Assembly: GCA_963422735.1 (NCBI GenBank) | Contig: OY730476.1 | Span: 576,001-640,000, forward strand | Direction of reading: 5' to 3' | Origin: Candidatus Latescibacterota bacterium | GTDB taxonomy: Bacteria; Latescibacterota; UBA2968; UBA8231 | DNA length: 64,000 bases | In this document: positions 9,135 through 17,796 of the stretch, piece after piece | Position numbering within the stretch: the first letter of the stretch is position 1 | Layout: each line of letters starts with the position of its first letter | Translations under genes and position numbers: made by a program | The notes under the pieces: model-generated | Told to the model about the DNA's origin: nothing | Seen by the model: the letters and a program-made list of their open reading frames with translations, nothing else | The model's database searches: none

Positions 9135-10893
9135 TAATGCGAGAAAATGGGCGGGGCTTGCAGCCTGCGCGTTGCTTTTTTGTTGCGCCCAAGAGCCGGC
9201 GGCCCCGGTCGCAGAGGAAGGCGGCTTAGTGGTGGCTGGTACTGCTTTGGCGCAAGTCGGCGACGACCTAATCGACGAGCGCACATTCCGCCGCTACGAA
9301 GCCCGAATCCAACCGCAGCACCGCTCGTTAGCGCAAGGCGTGGAAAAGCACCGCGAGCACCTGATGAGTTTGATCGACATCAAGCTCATGGTACGCGAGG
9401 CATATATGCGGGGACTGGACAAAAATCCCGAGTGGATCAAGGCCGTGGATCTCGCCCGGCACAAGGCCATGGTCGAAGCCTATCTACGCGAGCAGGTCGG
9501 CCTGCAAATCGAGGTTTCCGAAGACGAACTGAGGGCCAATTTTGCCGCGCACCCGGCCCGCTACGCAGTGCGCGGCGCGCACATCCTGCTCGACAGCCGG
9601 GCCCGTGCCGATTCTATCTACGCGGAGATCGAGGCCGGCCGGGCCACCTTTGAGGACATGGCGCGCGAGCACTCGCTGGACGCGGCGACCGCGGCCGATG
9701 GGGGATGGTTTGCTTCGTACTATGCCTTCGATCGGGTCTCAGACCGAGTGTACGAGCGCGTGTTCTCGTTGGACGCAGGCGAGGTTAGCCGGCCCTTTCG
9801 CACGCCCCAAGGCTGGGAGATCGCCAAGGTCGTTGATAAGGACTTGGTGTCTTTTGAGAAGTATCGCTCGGTGATTCAGCGAGCGACTTTCCTCGAAAAA
9901 ATCGAGAACTTGCGCAGCGACCACATCGACAAGCTGATCGCCGAGAGCGGCTTGCGCCCGGTGGGGGAACAGGTGCGGCGCTTTGTCGTGGCTTGGAACG
10001 AACAGCCTGGCGCGCCGCCGCTTGCGCCCGAGGAGTGGGCCGCCCCGCTCTACGAGTACGATGGCGGTGTCATCACCGTGCAGCAGGGCAGTTATTTGCT
10101 GCACAATACGCGGCTGGGTCGCGCCCAAATCGACAGTGCCTTGCTCGACGACCGCGTGCGTCGACGCGGAGCACCGGATCTGCTCTTGGGCTTGGCGGCC
10201 GAGCGCGGTGGATACGCCGAGCGGCCAGAGGTACAGGAGAAGATGGAAGCCGAAAAGGAGCGGCTGTTGCTCCAAGGGCTGTGGGAAGAGCTGCTCGAAG
10301 GTGCCCTAGCAGTAAGCGAAGAGGAAGCGCACGCCCACTACGAGGCGCATCCAGAGATGTATTGGGCACCGGAGGAAATCGTCGTCCAAGAAATCATGGT
10401 TGCCGACGAGTCGCTCGCCCGAGATCTGCTGGAGCAAATTCGCAATGGGGCCGACATGGGCGCACTGGCGACTAAGCACAGCATCCGGCGCGACGCGGAT
10501 GAAAACGGCGGCCTCTACGCGCTGCGCGCATTTGAAAAGATCGTTTACAAGGAGCTGATGGACGCGGCCATAGCCGCGCCCGAAAGGGAATTGCAAGGCC
10601 CGATTGAATTGGTTGACCCCTTGCCGTCTTCCCTGCGCGACCCTCGGCCTTTGGAAAGGGCCTTTTCGATCTTCAAAGTCTTGCAGCACCGGCCCAAGCG
10701 AGTGCAAGAATACGACTTGAGCCAACAGAAAGCCCACTACTTGGCCCGTCAAGCAAAGCAGCAGCGCGAATTGCGCACCCTCAACCTTGAGTTGCGAGAG
10801 AAGTGGCACACTGCATGGGGCATTAACGGCGATGCGCTCGCTCAGTACGCGCTTGCCAATGTTGATAAAGAGAAAACAGCGGCGGCTCGGTAA
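9127..10893 (+). CDS. PpiC/parvulin-type peptidyl-prolyl isomerase, two rotamase domains (PrsA/SurA-like), probable lipoprotein
   Basis: AHILL...FEDMAREHSLD...GG...GEVSRPFRTPQGWEI; second degenerate domain QEIMV...GADMGALATKHS...NGG; LLFCC lipobox-like. Confidence 0.85.
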   Translation: MTSNARKWAGLAACALLFCCAQEPAAPVAEEGGLVVAGTALAQVGDDLIDERTFRRYEARIQPQHRSLAQGVEKHREHLMSLIDIKLMVREAYMRGLDKNPEWIKAVDLARHKAMVEAYLREQVGLQIEVSEDELRANFAAHPARYAVRGAHILLDSRARADSIYAEIEAGRATFEDMAREHSLDAATAADGGWFASYYAFDRVSDRVYERVFSLDAGEVSRPFRTPQGWEIAKVVDKDLVSFEKYRSVIQRATFLEKIENLRSDHIDKLIAESGLRPVGEQVRRFVVAWNEQPGAPPLAPEEWAAPLYEYDGGVITVQQGSYLLHNTRLGRAQIDSALLDDRVRRRGAPDLLLGLAAERGGYAERPEVQEKMEAEKERLLLQGLWEELLEGALAVSEEEAHAHYEAHPEMYWAPEEIVVQEIMVADESLARDLLEQIRNGADMGALATKHSIRRDADENGGLYALRAFEKIVYKELMDAAIAAPERELQGPIELVDPLPSSLRDPRPLERAFSIFKVLQHRPKRVQEYDLSQQKAHYLARQAKQQRELRTLNLELREKWHTAWGINGDALAQYALANVDKEKTAAAR

Positions 10894-10930
10894 ATTTTTT
10901 ATACTATTTAGCCTAGCGGGAGAAGAAATT

Positions 10931-12976
10931 ATGAAACGTCTAGCGGATTTGTGGCTTTGGTTCCTCGCCGCAGCATCGGCTACGAGCGCGGCGGCAGACA
11001 TTTCTCTATGGCAGATCGGTGGGAGCGGCCTCCGCTGGGCCGATAGCGACTCGGCCCAAGTAATGATCGACTTTGCTGGCCCGAATAACTCGATCCAGCC
11101 GGTGATGGTCAGCGCGGATACGACGGTCTTTCCTCTGCTCTACAATTGGTCGCCAAAAAAGAATCCAGATGAGCTGGGTTTTGTCGATGGGGAGCGGCCC
11201 CGCGCTTGGAAGGGCGGGGCCGGCACCTCTTCGACGGTTGACAACGCGCTCAACCTCATCGACGGCAACGGTGCGACGTACAATCCGGTGACCAGCAACA
11301 GTATTAACAACGAGTACTACACCATTGATTTGGGGGTGCCGGTGCCGCTGTTTCGCTTTGCCATGAGTACGCCAGACAAGGGGTTCTACCGCTCAGATGG
11401 GACTCCGCTAGAGGAAGACGCCATCCCGGCTTATGAGGTGTCAATCGCCGCGGACACCAACAACGATGTGCTGAATACGTCCAATCCCATCGGCGAAATC
11501 ATCGCCGATGCGCGCGAGAATGTCATCTCCAAGATAGTGGCTGATTTTCCCCTGCAATACGTGCGCTACGTGCGCTACAAGCGCAAGAATTCGATCCTCG
11601 ACGAGGCGACCAATCAGTCGTCCGGGCATTCGGGTACGGCGCGCAAGGGGACGGTGGCCGAGTTCTTCCTCTGGGGAGAGGGAATCCCCAAGCGGGCCAC
11701 TTATAAGACGACTATTTTCGATCTCGGCACGGTCGTCAACTTCGGTCGGCTGTTCTGGAAGGCCACGCCTATGCGCCTAGTTGACGGCGTGGCCGAGGAA
11801 GCCCCGGACGCCAACGCGCAGATCGAGGTCGAAGTGCGCACCGGGATCGACTCAGATCCGGACATCTACTACGAGTTCACGGATATGGGGACGCGCGTCG
11901 TCGTCGCGCAAGACCGCTATCAGGGCGTGCTGAAAAACCAGAGCGCGTCCGTTACTAATGCCGACGGGCTGGGCGGCACCCTGACCCTCTCTACTCGGCC
12001 CAAGCCAGGGCTTCGCGCCGGCATTGAGTACGACCAACAAAACTGGACGTTCTGGTCCTTTCCAACGACCGAGTCCGGCCGACCTCTCAACCTCAACCGA
12101 GGGTCGTATTTGCAGGTCAAAGTGGTGCTGCACAGCGAGCGGTTCGACGAGTTCGTGCGCCTCGATTCCCTGTGGATTGAGACCTCGCCGATCTTGGCCA
12201 GCCGCGTCGTAGCCGAGGTGGCCCAGCTCGGCCAGCCCAACCCGGCGCACGGCGTGGCCGAGGTCGCCTTGGGCGAGATGACGGACTTCACCTACGATAT
12301 CAAGGCCGATTTTGCGGCTGGGGAGGTAGGTTTTGACGCCCTGCGGATTAGCACCGGCAGCGCGCAGACCGAGTTCAAGGGGCTGGAAATGGATGGAGTT
12401 GCAACCGACCCGGCCGGAGTCGCGATTGCGGACGGCGGCTTTGTCGTGCAATTGCCGCAGCGCATAAGCAGTGCCCACAACCCGAGCTTGCGGGTGACCT
12501 TTTCCGCCGAGGTCTTCGACTTTGCGCGCACCTTTGAAGGCGAAGTCTTCAACACCGACAGCGCAGACCTGCCGCAGCCGGTTGAGGACGGGGACGTCAG
12601 CGACGCGATCGGCACCAATAGTCTGCGGGTCTTGGCTGTGCGCGCGGCCAATCCGCAGTTAGTGCAGAATGTGCAGTTTTCCAGCGACGTGATCACTCCC
12701 AACGGCGACGGGGTCAACGACGAGTTGGTCATTTCCTACTCGCTTTTCGCGCTGCCGCAATCGGTGCCTGTACAGTTGCAAGTACTCTCGCTGGACGGCC
12801 GTCGGGTGGCTCAAATCCAGCGCGGCCAGCAAGGGTCCGGCCCCCAGCAATTGCACTGGGATGGACGGGACCAGCTCGGTGAGACACTCGCCCCGGGCCT
12901 GTACCTTTTGGGGATCGGCATCGAGGCCGAAAACAAAAGTGCCCTACAGCTGCGGCCCATCAACCTCGCCTATTAG
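10931..12976 (+). CDS. secreted protein with discoidin-like domain and PNGDGxND/FlgD-Ig C-terminal domain
   Basis: Signal peptide MKRLADLWLWFLAAASATSAAA; TIDLG motif; ITPNGDGVND...WDGRD...LAPGLY...INLAY*. Confidence 0.85.
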   Translation: MKRLADLWLWFLAAASATSAAADISLWQIGGSGLRWADSDSAQVMIDFAGPNNSIQPVMVSADTTVFPLLYNWSPKKNPDELGFVDGERPRAWKGGAGTSSTVDNALNLIDGNGATYNPVTSNSINNEYYTIDLGVPVPLFRFAMSTPDKGFYRSDGTPLEEDAIPAYEVSIAADTNNDVLNTSNPIGEIIADARENVISKIVADFPLQYVRYVRYKRKNSILDEATNQSSGHSGTARKGTVAEFFLWGEGIPKRATYKTTIFDLGTVVNFGRLFWKATPMRLVDGVAEEAPDANAQIEVEVRTGIDSDPDIYYEFTDMGTRVVVAQDRYQGVLKNQSASVTNADGLGGTLTLSTRPKPGLRAGIEYDQQNWTFWSFPTTESGRPLNLNRGSYLQVKVVLHSERFDEFVRLDSLWIETSPILASRVVAEVAQLGQPNPAHGVAEVALGEMTDFTYDIKADFAAGEVGFDALRISTGSAQTEFKGLEMDGVATDPAGVAIADGGFVVQLPQRISSAHNPSLRVTFSAEVFDFARTFEGEVFNTDSADLPQPVEDGDVSDAIGTNSLRVLAVRAANPQLVQNVQFSSDVITPNGDGVNDELVISYSLFALPQSVPVQLQVLSLDGRRVAQIQRGQQGSGPQQLHWDGRDQLGETLAPGLYLLGIGIEAENKSALQLRPINLAY

Positions 12977-12986
12977 GGAAGCACTC

Positions 12987-15419
12987 ATGTACAACCGAGC
13001 CATCGCCTTAGTATTGCTGCTTGCCTGCCACGCACGCGCCGAGTTTCTCACCTTCGCCAGCCAAGCGGCTTGGGAGGCCAACTGGTCGCTCAAGCCGCAG
13101 TTAAATATCTTCACCCCGGAGGGGCACCTAGGGCTGGTCAAGTTTCGCAAGGACATCAACGCCGCGCTCGACGCCCATCTCTTCGTCCACCCGACGAATG
13201 AGCGCGGGGATGTAGCGGGCGGCATCTGGTCTGCGCTAAGCAACCCAAACGACGCCCCCCAAATCATCGACGGGGATGCTGCCACCTTTTGGAAGCCGGC
13301 TGGTGGCGATCCACTTGACAAGTGGATCGTGCAAATAGACTTGGGCCGCGCAGTATTGGCCAAAGAGATCCGCATCTACTTCCCCGATGAAGAGGGGGCT
13401 AAGCCCTTCCGCCAGTTCAGCGTCTTCGCCTCTACGGGTGCCCACGTGGCGGCTTTAGAGGATGTATATCGCTTCGCGCCGATCTATCGCACGACTAAGC
13501 CCAACTTGGATACCTATGTCAGCTTTGGGTTCAAGCCGGCCGTGGAGGATACCACCCGCGCCGTGGAGCAACTGAGCGATGTCAGCGGTCGCGATGATTT
13601 TACCGTGGACTTATTCAGATTCAAGGCCAACACCGCAACGGAGACCGGCCAAGCGGATTCGCGGGTGGCGGCCAACTCCGAGTGGCAGACGATCCAGTTC
13701 ATCCGCTTCCTCGTCGATGAGCACCAGCTCGACGGCGCGCTCGCCGAGATCGAAGTCATTGCCGTCGGCGACAACATCAGCCTTGGGGTAGAAGAAAAAG
13801 GTGGCACCTACATCAATGGATCGCGGGCGACCGACCCCTTATTTTGGCTCGACGGCAACCTCAATACGTACGGGGTTATCGAGGTGCATCAGCAGTTTAC
13901 CGAGTCGCGCGGCACGGCCTTTGAAGGGGGCTTGTGGTGGCAGGTGGATCTGGGGGCTACCTACTGGGTTGACGACGCGTTCGTCTATTGGCAAAAGGCC
14001 GGAGAGCGCCTCGCCGACTTTCGCTTGGGCACCAACAACGCCGGCACGGGGTACACCTTTTTCTCTTCCGACGGGACCAAGACCTTGACCGGCGACATCG
14101 ACTTTGATACGTGGATTTTTGAACCGGAATGGACCAATCCCCGCGAACAATACAAGCGGCATTACCGCTATTTGTTCAATCCACGCAAGGTGCGGCACAT
14201 CTTCTGGCTAGCCCTGCACGACTTGGGCTGGCGCGCCCATCCGATGGAGCTACAGATGTTCTCCCCGGGCCACCCGGCCGAAGTCGCGATTCAATCGCAT
14301 TTTTTGGACCTGAGCGTCCTCGCTGGCGACGGACAGCCCAAGGTAATCAAGGCGCTTCACTACGACGCCGACCTGCCGCCCAATACCCAGATCGAACTGC
14401 GCTCCCGCTCGGGCAACGAGATGGGCGAGGTGTACACCTTTCACAACAAGATCGGCGAGGTCGTCACCGAGGAGAAGTGGAAAAGCTCGCCCAAGGTGCT
14501 GCGGGGCCGAGTGGATACCTCGGTTGTCGTCGGAGAGGAGTGGAGCGAGTGGAGCAACTTGTACAAGCTGTCGGGCGAGCCTTTTAAGTCGGACTCGCCG
14601 CGCAGGTTCGTCCAGCTAGAGCTGGTTATGAGCACGGAAGATCCGGAGGTGGCTCCCACGGTGCGCTCGGTCGAGTTGGAGTTTGTCGATGCGTTGGTCA
14701 ACGAGGCGCACGGGTCCATTCTGCCGCGCCAGGCCAAGCCCAACGAAGACACCCGTTTCACCTATATGCTATGGCCGTCCGCGACCCCGGAGAACGTGGG
14801 CTTTGACCGCCTGCGCTTGGTCGTGCCCGACTTGGTGCGGGCCGATGAGGTTGAGGTGATGGTCGCCGATCAGGCGGTCGTGCCGGCCGCCATGGACATT
14901 GCAGCGGATTCGCTGATGATCGACTTGCCGCAGGTGGTTCAGGGCGACTCCGTGCAGGTCTTCTTCACCACTCGGCTAATGAGGAACGCCGCGGTCGTAG
15001 AGGCCGATTTGGGCCTGAGCGACGCGCCCGGCCTGTGGCAGGACGTCGAGCCGGCCGAGCGCCGGTCCAACGTGGTGCTCCTGCCCGATCTGGCCGACAG
15101 CGACCGCTTGATTGGCGACTTGCAGCTTTCGAGCCGGATGCTCACGCCCAATGGCGATGGAGTCAACGACTTTGTGGCGCTGAGCTTTGTCGTCTTCAAG
15201 GCCCAAGATGCTATGCCTATGGTCGAGGTGCGCAGCTTGGGCGGTCGGCCCGTGGCCCAATTGACGCCGGTCGCAGAGGGGCCAACCCGCCGCTTTAGGT
15301 GGGATGGCCAAGACGCGGACGGTGCGATTGTGCCCCCAGGCATCTATCTCTGGCGCATAGACGTAAACGCAGACTCAGGTGACGCTATCGAGCTACGAGT
15401 TGTCGAGGTAGCCTACTAA
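12987..15419 (+). CDS. secreted protein with tandem discoidin-like domains and PNGDGxND/FlgD-Ig C-terminal domain
   Basis: Signal peptide MYNRAIALVLLLACHARA; WIVQIDLG and WWQVDLG; LTPNGDGVND...WDGQD...VPPGIY...VEVAY*. Confidence 0.85.
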   Translation: MYNRAIALVLLLACHARAEFLTFASQAAWEANWSLKPQLNIFTPEGHLGLVKFRKDINAALDAHLFVHPTNERGDVAGGIWSALSNPNDAPQIIDGDAATFWKPAGGDPLDKWIVQIDLGRAVLAKEIRIYFPDEEGAKPFRQFSVFASTGAHVAALEDVYRFAPIYRTTKPNLDTYVSFGFKPAVEDTTRAVEQLSDVSGRDDFTVDLFRFKANTATETGQADSRVAANSEWQTIQFIRFLVDEHQLDGALAEIEVIAVGDNISLGVEEKGGTYINGSRATDPLFWLDGNLNTYGVIEVHQQFTESRGTAFEGGLWWQVDLGATYWVDDAFVYWQKAGERLADFRLGTNNAGTGYTFFSSDGTKTLTGDIDFDTWIFEPEWTNPREQYKRHYRYLFNPRKVRHIFWLALHDLGWRAHPMELQMFSPGHPAEVAIQSHFLDLSVLAGDGQPKVIKALHYDADLPPNTQIELRSRSGNEMGEVYTFHNKIGEVVTEEKWKSSPKVLRGRVDTSVVVGEEWSEWSNLYKLSGEPFKSDSPRRFVQLELVMSTEDPEVAPTVRSVELEFVDALVNEAHGSILPRQAKPNEDTRFTYMLWPSATPENVGFDRLRLVVPDLVRADEVEVMVADQAVVPAAMDIAADSLMIDLPQVVQGDSVQVFFTTRLMRNAAVVEADLGLSDAPGLWQDVEPAERRSNVVLLPDLADSDRLIGDLQLSSRMLTPNGDGVNDFVALSFVVFKAQDAMPMVEVRSLGGRPVAQLTPVAEGPTRRFRWDGQDADGAIVPPGIYLWRIDVNADSGDAIELRVVEVAY

Positions 15420-15436
15420 CCGGTTGGAGCGGTAGG

Positions 15437-17788
15437 ATGCTAAACAAATACGGGATTTGCTGCTTGCTCTTGGGACTATTGCTCTACGGTTCGAGCCGGG
15501 CGGAGGAAGTCCGCTTCGACACCCCGGCCGAGTGGGCGACTTGGGATATCCCGGTGGATATCGTCCAGTTTGCAGACGACGGATCGCTGGAACTGAGGAA
15601 ATTTCGCAAGGAGATCAACGCCACCCTCGATGCCCATCTCTTCACCCAGCCTACCCAGAAGCGTGGCGAAATCGCCGGGGGGATCTGGCAGGCAGGCTCC
15701 AATCCGATGGCGGCTCAGCGCATCATGGACGGCAATCTGGAGACGGTGTGGCGGCCCAATTCGGCCGACGACTTGGTCGATTGGGTGGTGACTATCGACT
15801 TGGGACGGCCCGTGCTAGCTGAGCGCATTCGCTTGGTTTTTCCCGACCGTACAGGCGCACGTCCCTTGCGTCAATTCAGCGTCTTCACGGCCAATGGGGC
15901 GCGCATCCAAGCCACAGACGATGTCTTCAAGTTCGACCAAGCCTTTCAGACGACCCAGCCCAACCAAGAGCAGGTCGTCGATATCGAGCTAGTCGGCGAG
16001 CGCGACATAACGCGAGTTCTCGACGAAAGCCTCGGGCTGGAGCCGGACGCGCTGAATACCTTCCGCATGGTGCGCTTTGTGCGCGTACGCGCCGACGAAA
16101 AGAGCGCGGACGCGGCCTTGGCCGAAGTGGAGGTGATCGCCGCGGGCGACAACATAAGCATCGGGGTCTTGGCGCGCGGGGGCAGCTTCGACAACGGGCT
16201 TTTGGCGCGCGAGCCGCAGAACATGTTCGACGGCATCACCGACACGTACGGCAATATATTCACCGTCCAGAGCAAAGGCGGTTGGCGCGAGAGCGGAGTG
16301 TGGTGGGCCGTCGATCTAGGTGCGCTGTTCTGGCTCGACGAAGCATTCATCTACTGGCAGAATCGAGGCGAGGGCCTGTCGAGCTTCTTGTTTGAGGGGT
16401 TGCAGGCCGGCACTGGCTACCAAGTCCTCTTTTCCGATGGGCGGCGCACCATTGCCGGCGACATTGACTACGCGCCGCTGATCTTCGAGCCAAGGCCGGT
16501 CAACAGCGCAGAGTGGGCCTTGCGCCACCACCGCTACGTATTTGCCCCGCGCAAGATTCGCTACCTGTTCTGGCATTCGCTGACCGATACCGGCTGGTTT
16601 TCCCACCCCATGGAGCTGATGTTGTTCTCGCCGGGCTATCCCGCGCAGGTGGTGTTGCGATCGGGCTTTATCGACCTCGGGCAACTCGCCGGCGACGGTC
16701 GCCCCAAGGCCATCAAGCGCTTGCGCTGGGAGGCGACAGCGCCTGACCAGACGCGGTTGCAAGTGCGCTCGCGCGCGGGCAGCACCCTGCAAGAGTTATA
16801 CACGTTTTACGACAAAAAAGGCGAGCAAGTCACCGAGACGCGCTACAGCAGCTTGCCCAAAGTGATCCGAGGCCCCATTGACACCATGGTCGTCGTGGGG
16901 GCCGATTGGGGTCCGTGGAGCAACTTCTACCAGTTTTCCGGCGAGGCATTTAAGTCTCAGACGCCGCGTCGCTTTATCCAGTTAGAGCTGATTATTTCCA
17001 CGGAGGATCCAGCCGTCGCGCCAGTGCTACACGCCCTCGCACTGGATTTTGAGGACGCGTTGGTCGCGCAGGCTACCGGGCAGATTGCGCCGCGCCGCGC
17101 CGTGCCCAACGAGGCGACGCGGTTTGCGTACACGGTGCGGACGAGCGCGGCGGAGGGCGACTCGGGTTTCGACCGGCTGCGCTTATCTACGCCGAGTGCT
17201 GTCGATGCAGCGGATGTGCGGCTGCGGATCGGCGGTGCAGAGCGCGAGGCGAGCGGGGTGCGCGTGGTGGGGGATTCGCTGCTGTTCGTCGATTTGCCAG
17301 AGACCGTGCGGACGGATTCCATCGCCGTGGAATTTACCACTAAAGTGCTGCGCAACGCCACGGTCTTTGCTGCCGACTTAGGGCAAGAGGCACGTCCGGG
17401 GCTGTGGCAGTCGGTGGAGGCGGCCGAGCGGCAAGCCAACTTGGTGTTTCTACCCACTCTGCCCGGCAGCGTGCGGCTGGTCGGCGATTTGCAGATTGTG
17501 CCGCCGGTGTTTTCGCCCAACGGCGATGGTATCAACGACCGCGTGCAGATCCGCTTTGCGCTGTTCAAGGCCGTCGATGCCACCCCGAGCGTGTGCATTT
17601 TCGACTTGGCGGGTAGGGAAGTGGCCGCTCTTATGTCATCTGATGGGGATGTGTTACAGTCATTTAGCTGGGACGGGTTGGATGCGTCGGGAGTTCGGGT
17701 TGCGCCTGGGGTGTACGTGTGCCGCATTGACGCGGGAGCTGACGCCGGACAGGGACGAGTATTCCGCACCCTAGCCGTAGCCTATTGA
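15437..17788 (+). CDS. secreted paralog of 12987..15419 with PNGDGxND/FlgD-Ig C-terminal domain
   Basis: Shares KFRK.INA.LDAHLF, RQFSVF, HPMEL..FSPG, GDG.PK.IK, FKS..PRRF.QLEL with the upstream gene; FSPNGDGIND...WDGLD...LAVAY*. Confidence 0.85.
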   Translation: MLNKYGICCLLLGLLLYGSSRAEEVRFDTPAEWATWDIPVDIVQFADDGSLELRKFRKEINATLDAHLFTQPTQKRGEIAGGIWQAGSNPMAAQRIMDGNLETVWRPNSADDLVDWVVTIDLGRPVLAERIRLVFPDRTGARPLRQFSVFTANGARIQATDDVFKFDQAFQTTQPNQEQVVDIELVGERDITRVLDESLGLEPDALNTFRMVRFVRVRADEKSADAALAEVEVIAAGDNISIGVLARGGSFDNGLLAREPQNMFDGITDTYGNIFTVQSKGGWRESGVWWAVDLGALFWLDEAFIYWQNRGEGLSSFLFEGLQAGTGYQVLFSDGRRTIAGDIDYAPLIFEPRPVNSAEWALRHHRYVFAPRKIRYLFWHSLTDTGWFSHPMELMLFSPGYPAQVVLRSGFIDLGQLAGDGRPKAIKRLRWEATAPDQTRLQVRSRAGSTLQELYTFYDKKGEQVTETRYSSLPKVIRGPIDTMVVVGADWGPWSNFYQFSGEAFKSQTPRRFIQLELIISTEDPAVAPVLHALALDFEDALVAQATGQIAPRRAVPNEATRFAYTVRTSAAEGDSGFDRLRLSTPSAVDAADVRLRIGGAEREASGVRVVGDSLLFVDLPETVRTDSIAVEFTTKVLRNATVFAADLGQEARPGLWQSVEAAERQANLVFLPTLPGSVRLVGDLQIVPPVFSPNGDGINDRVQIRFALFKAVDATPSVCIFDLAGREVAALMSSDGDVLQSFSWDGLDASGVRVAPGVYVCRIDAGADAGQGRVFRTLAVAY

Positions 17789-17796
17789 GGAATGCC

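Noticed and set aside
10787-12986. Upstream extensions of ORFs 10787 and 12861
   Set aside because: They overlap the preceding genes; signal peptides begin at 10931 and 12987.
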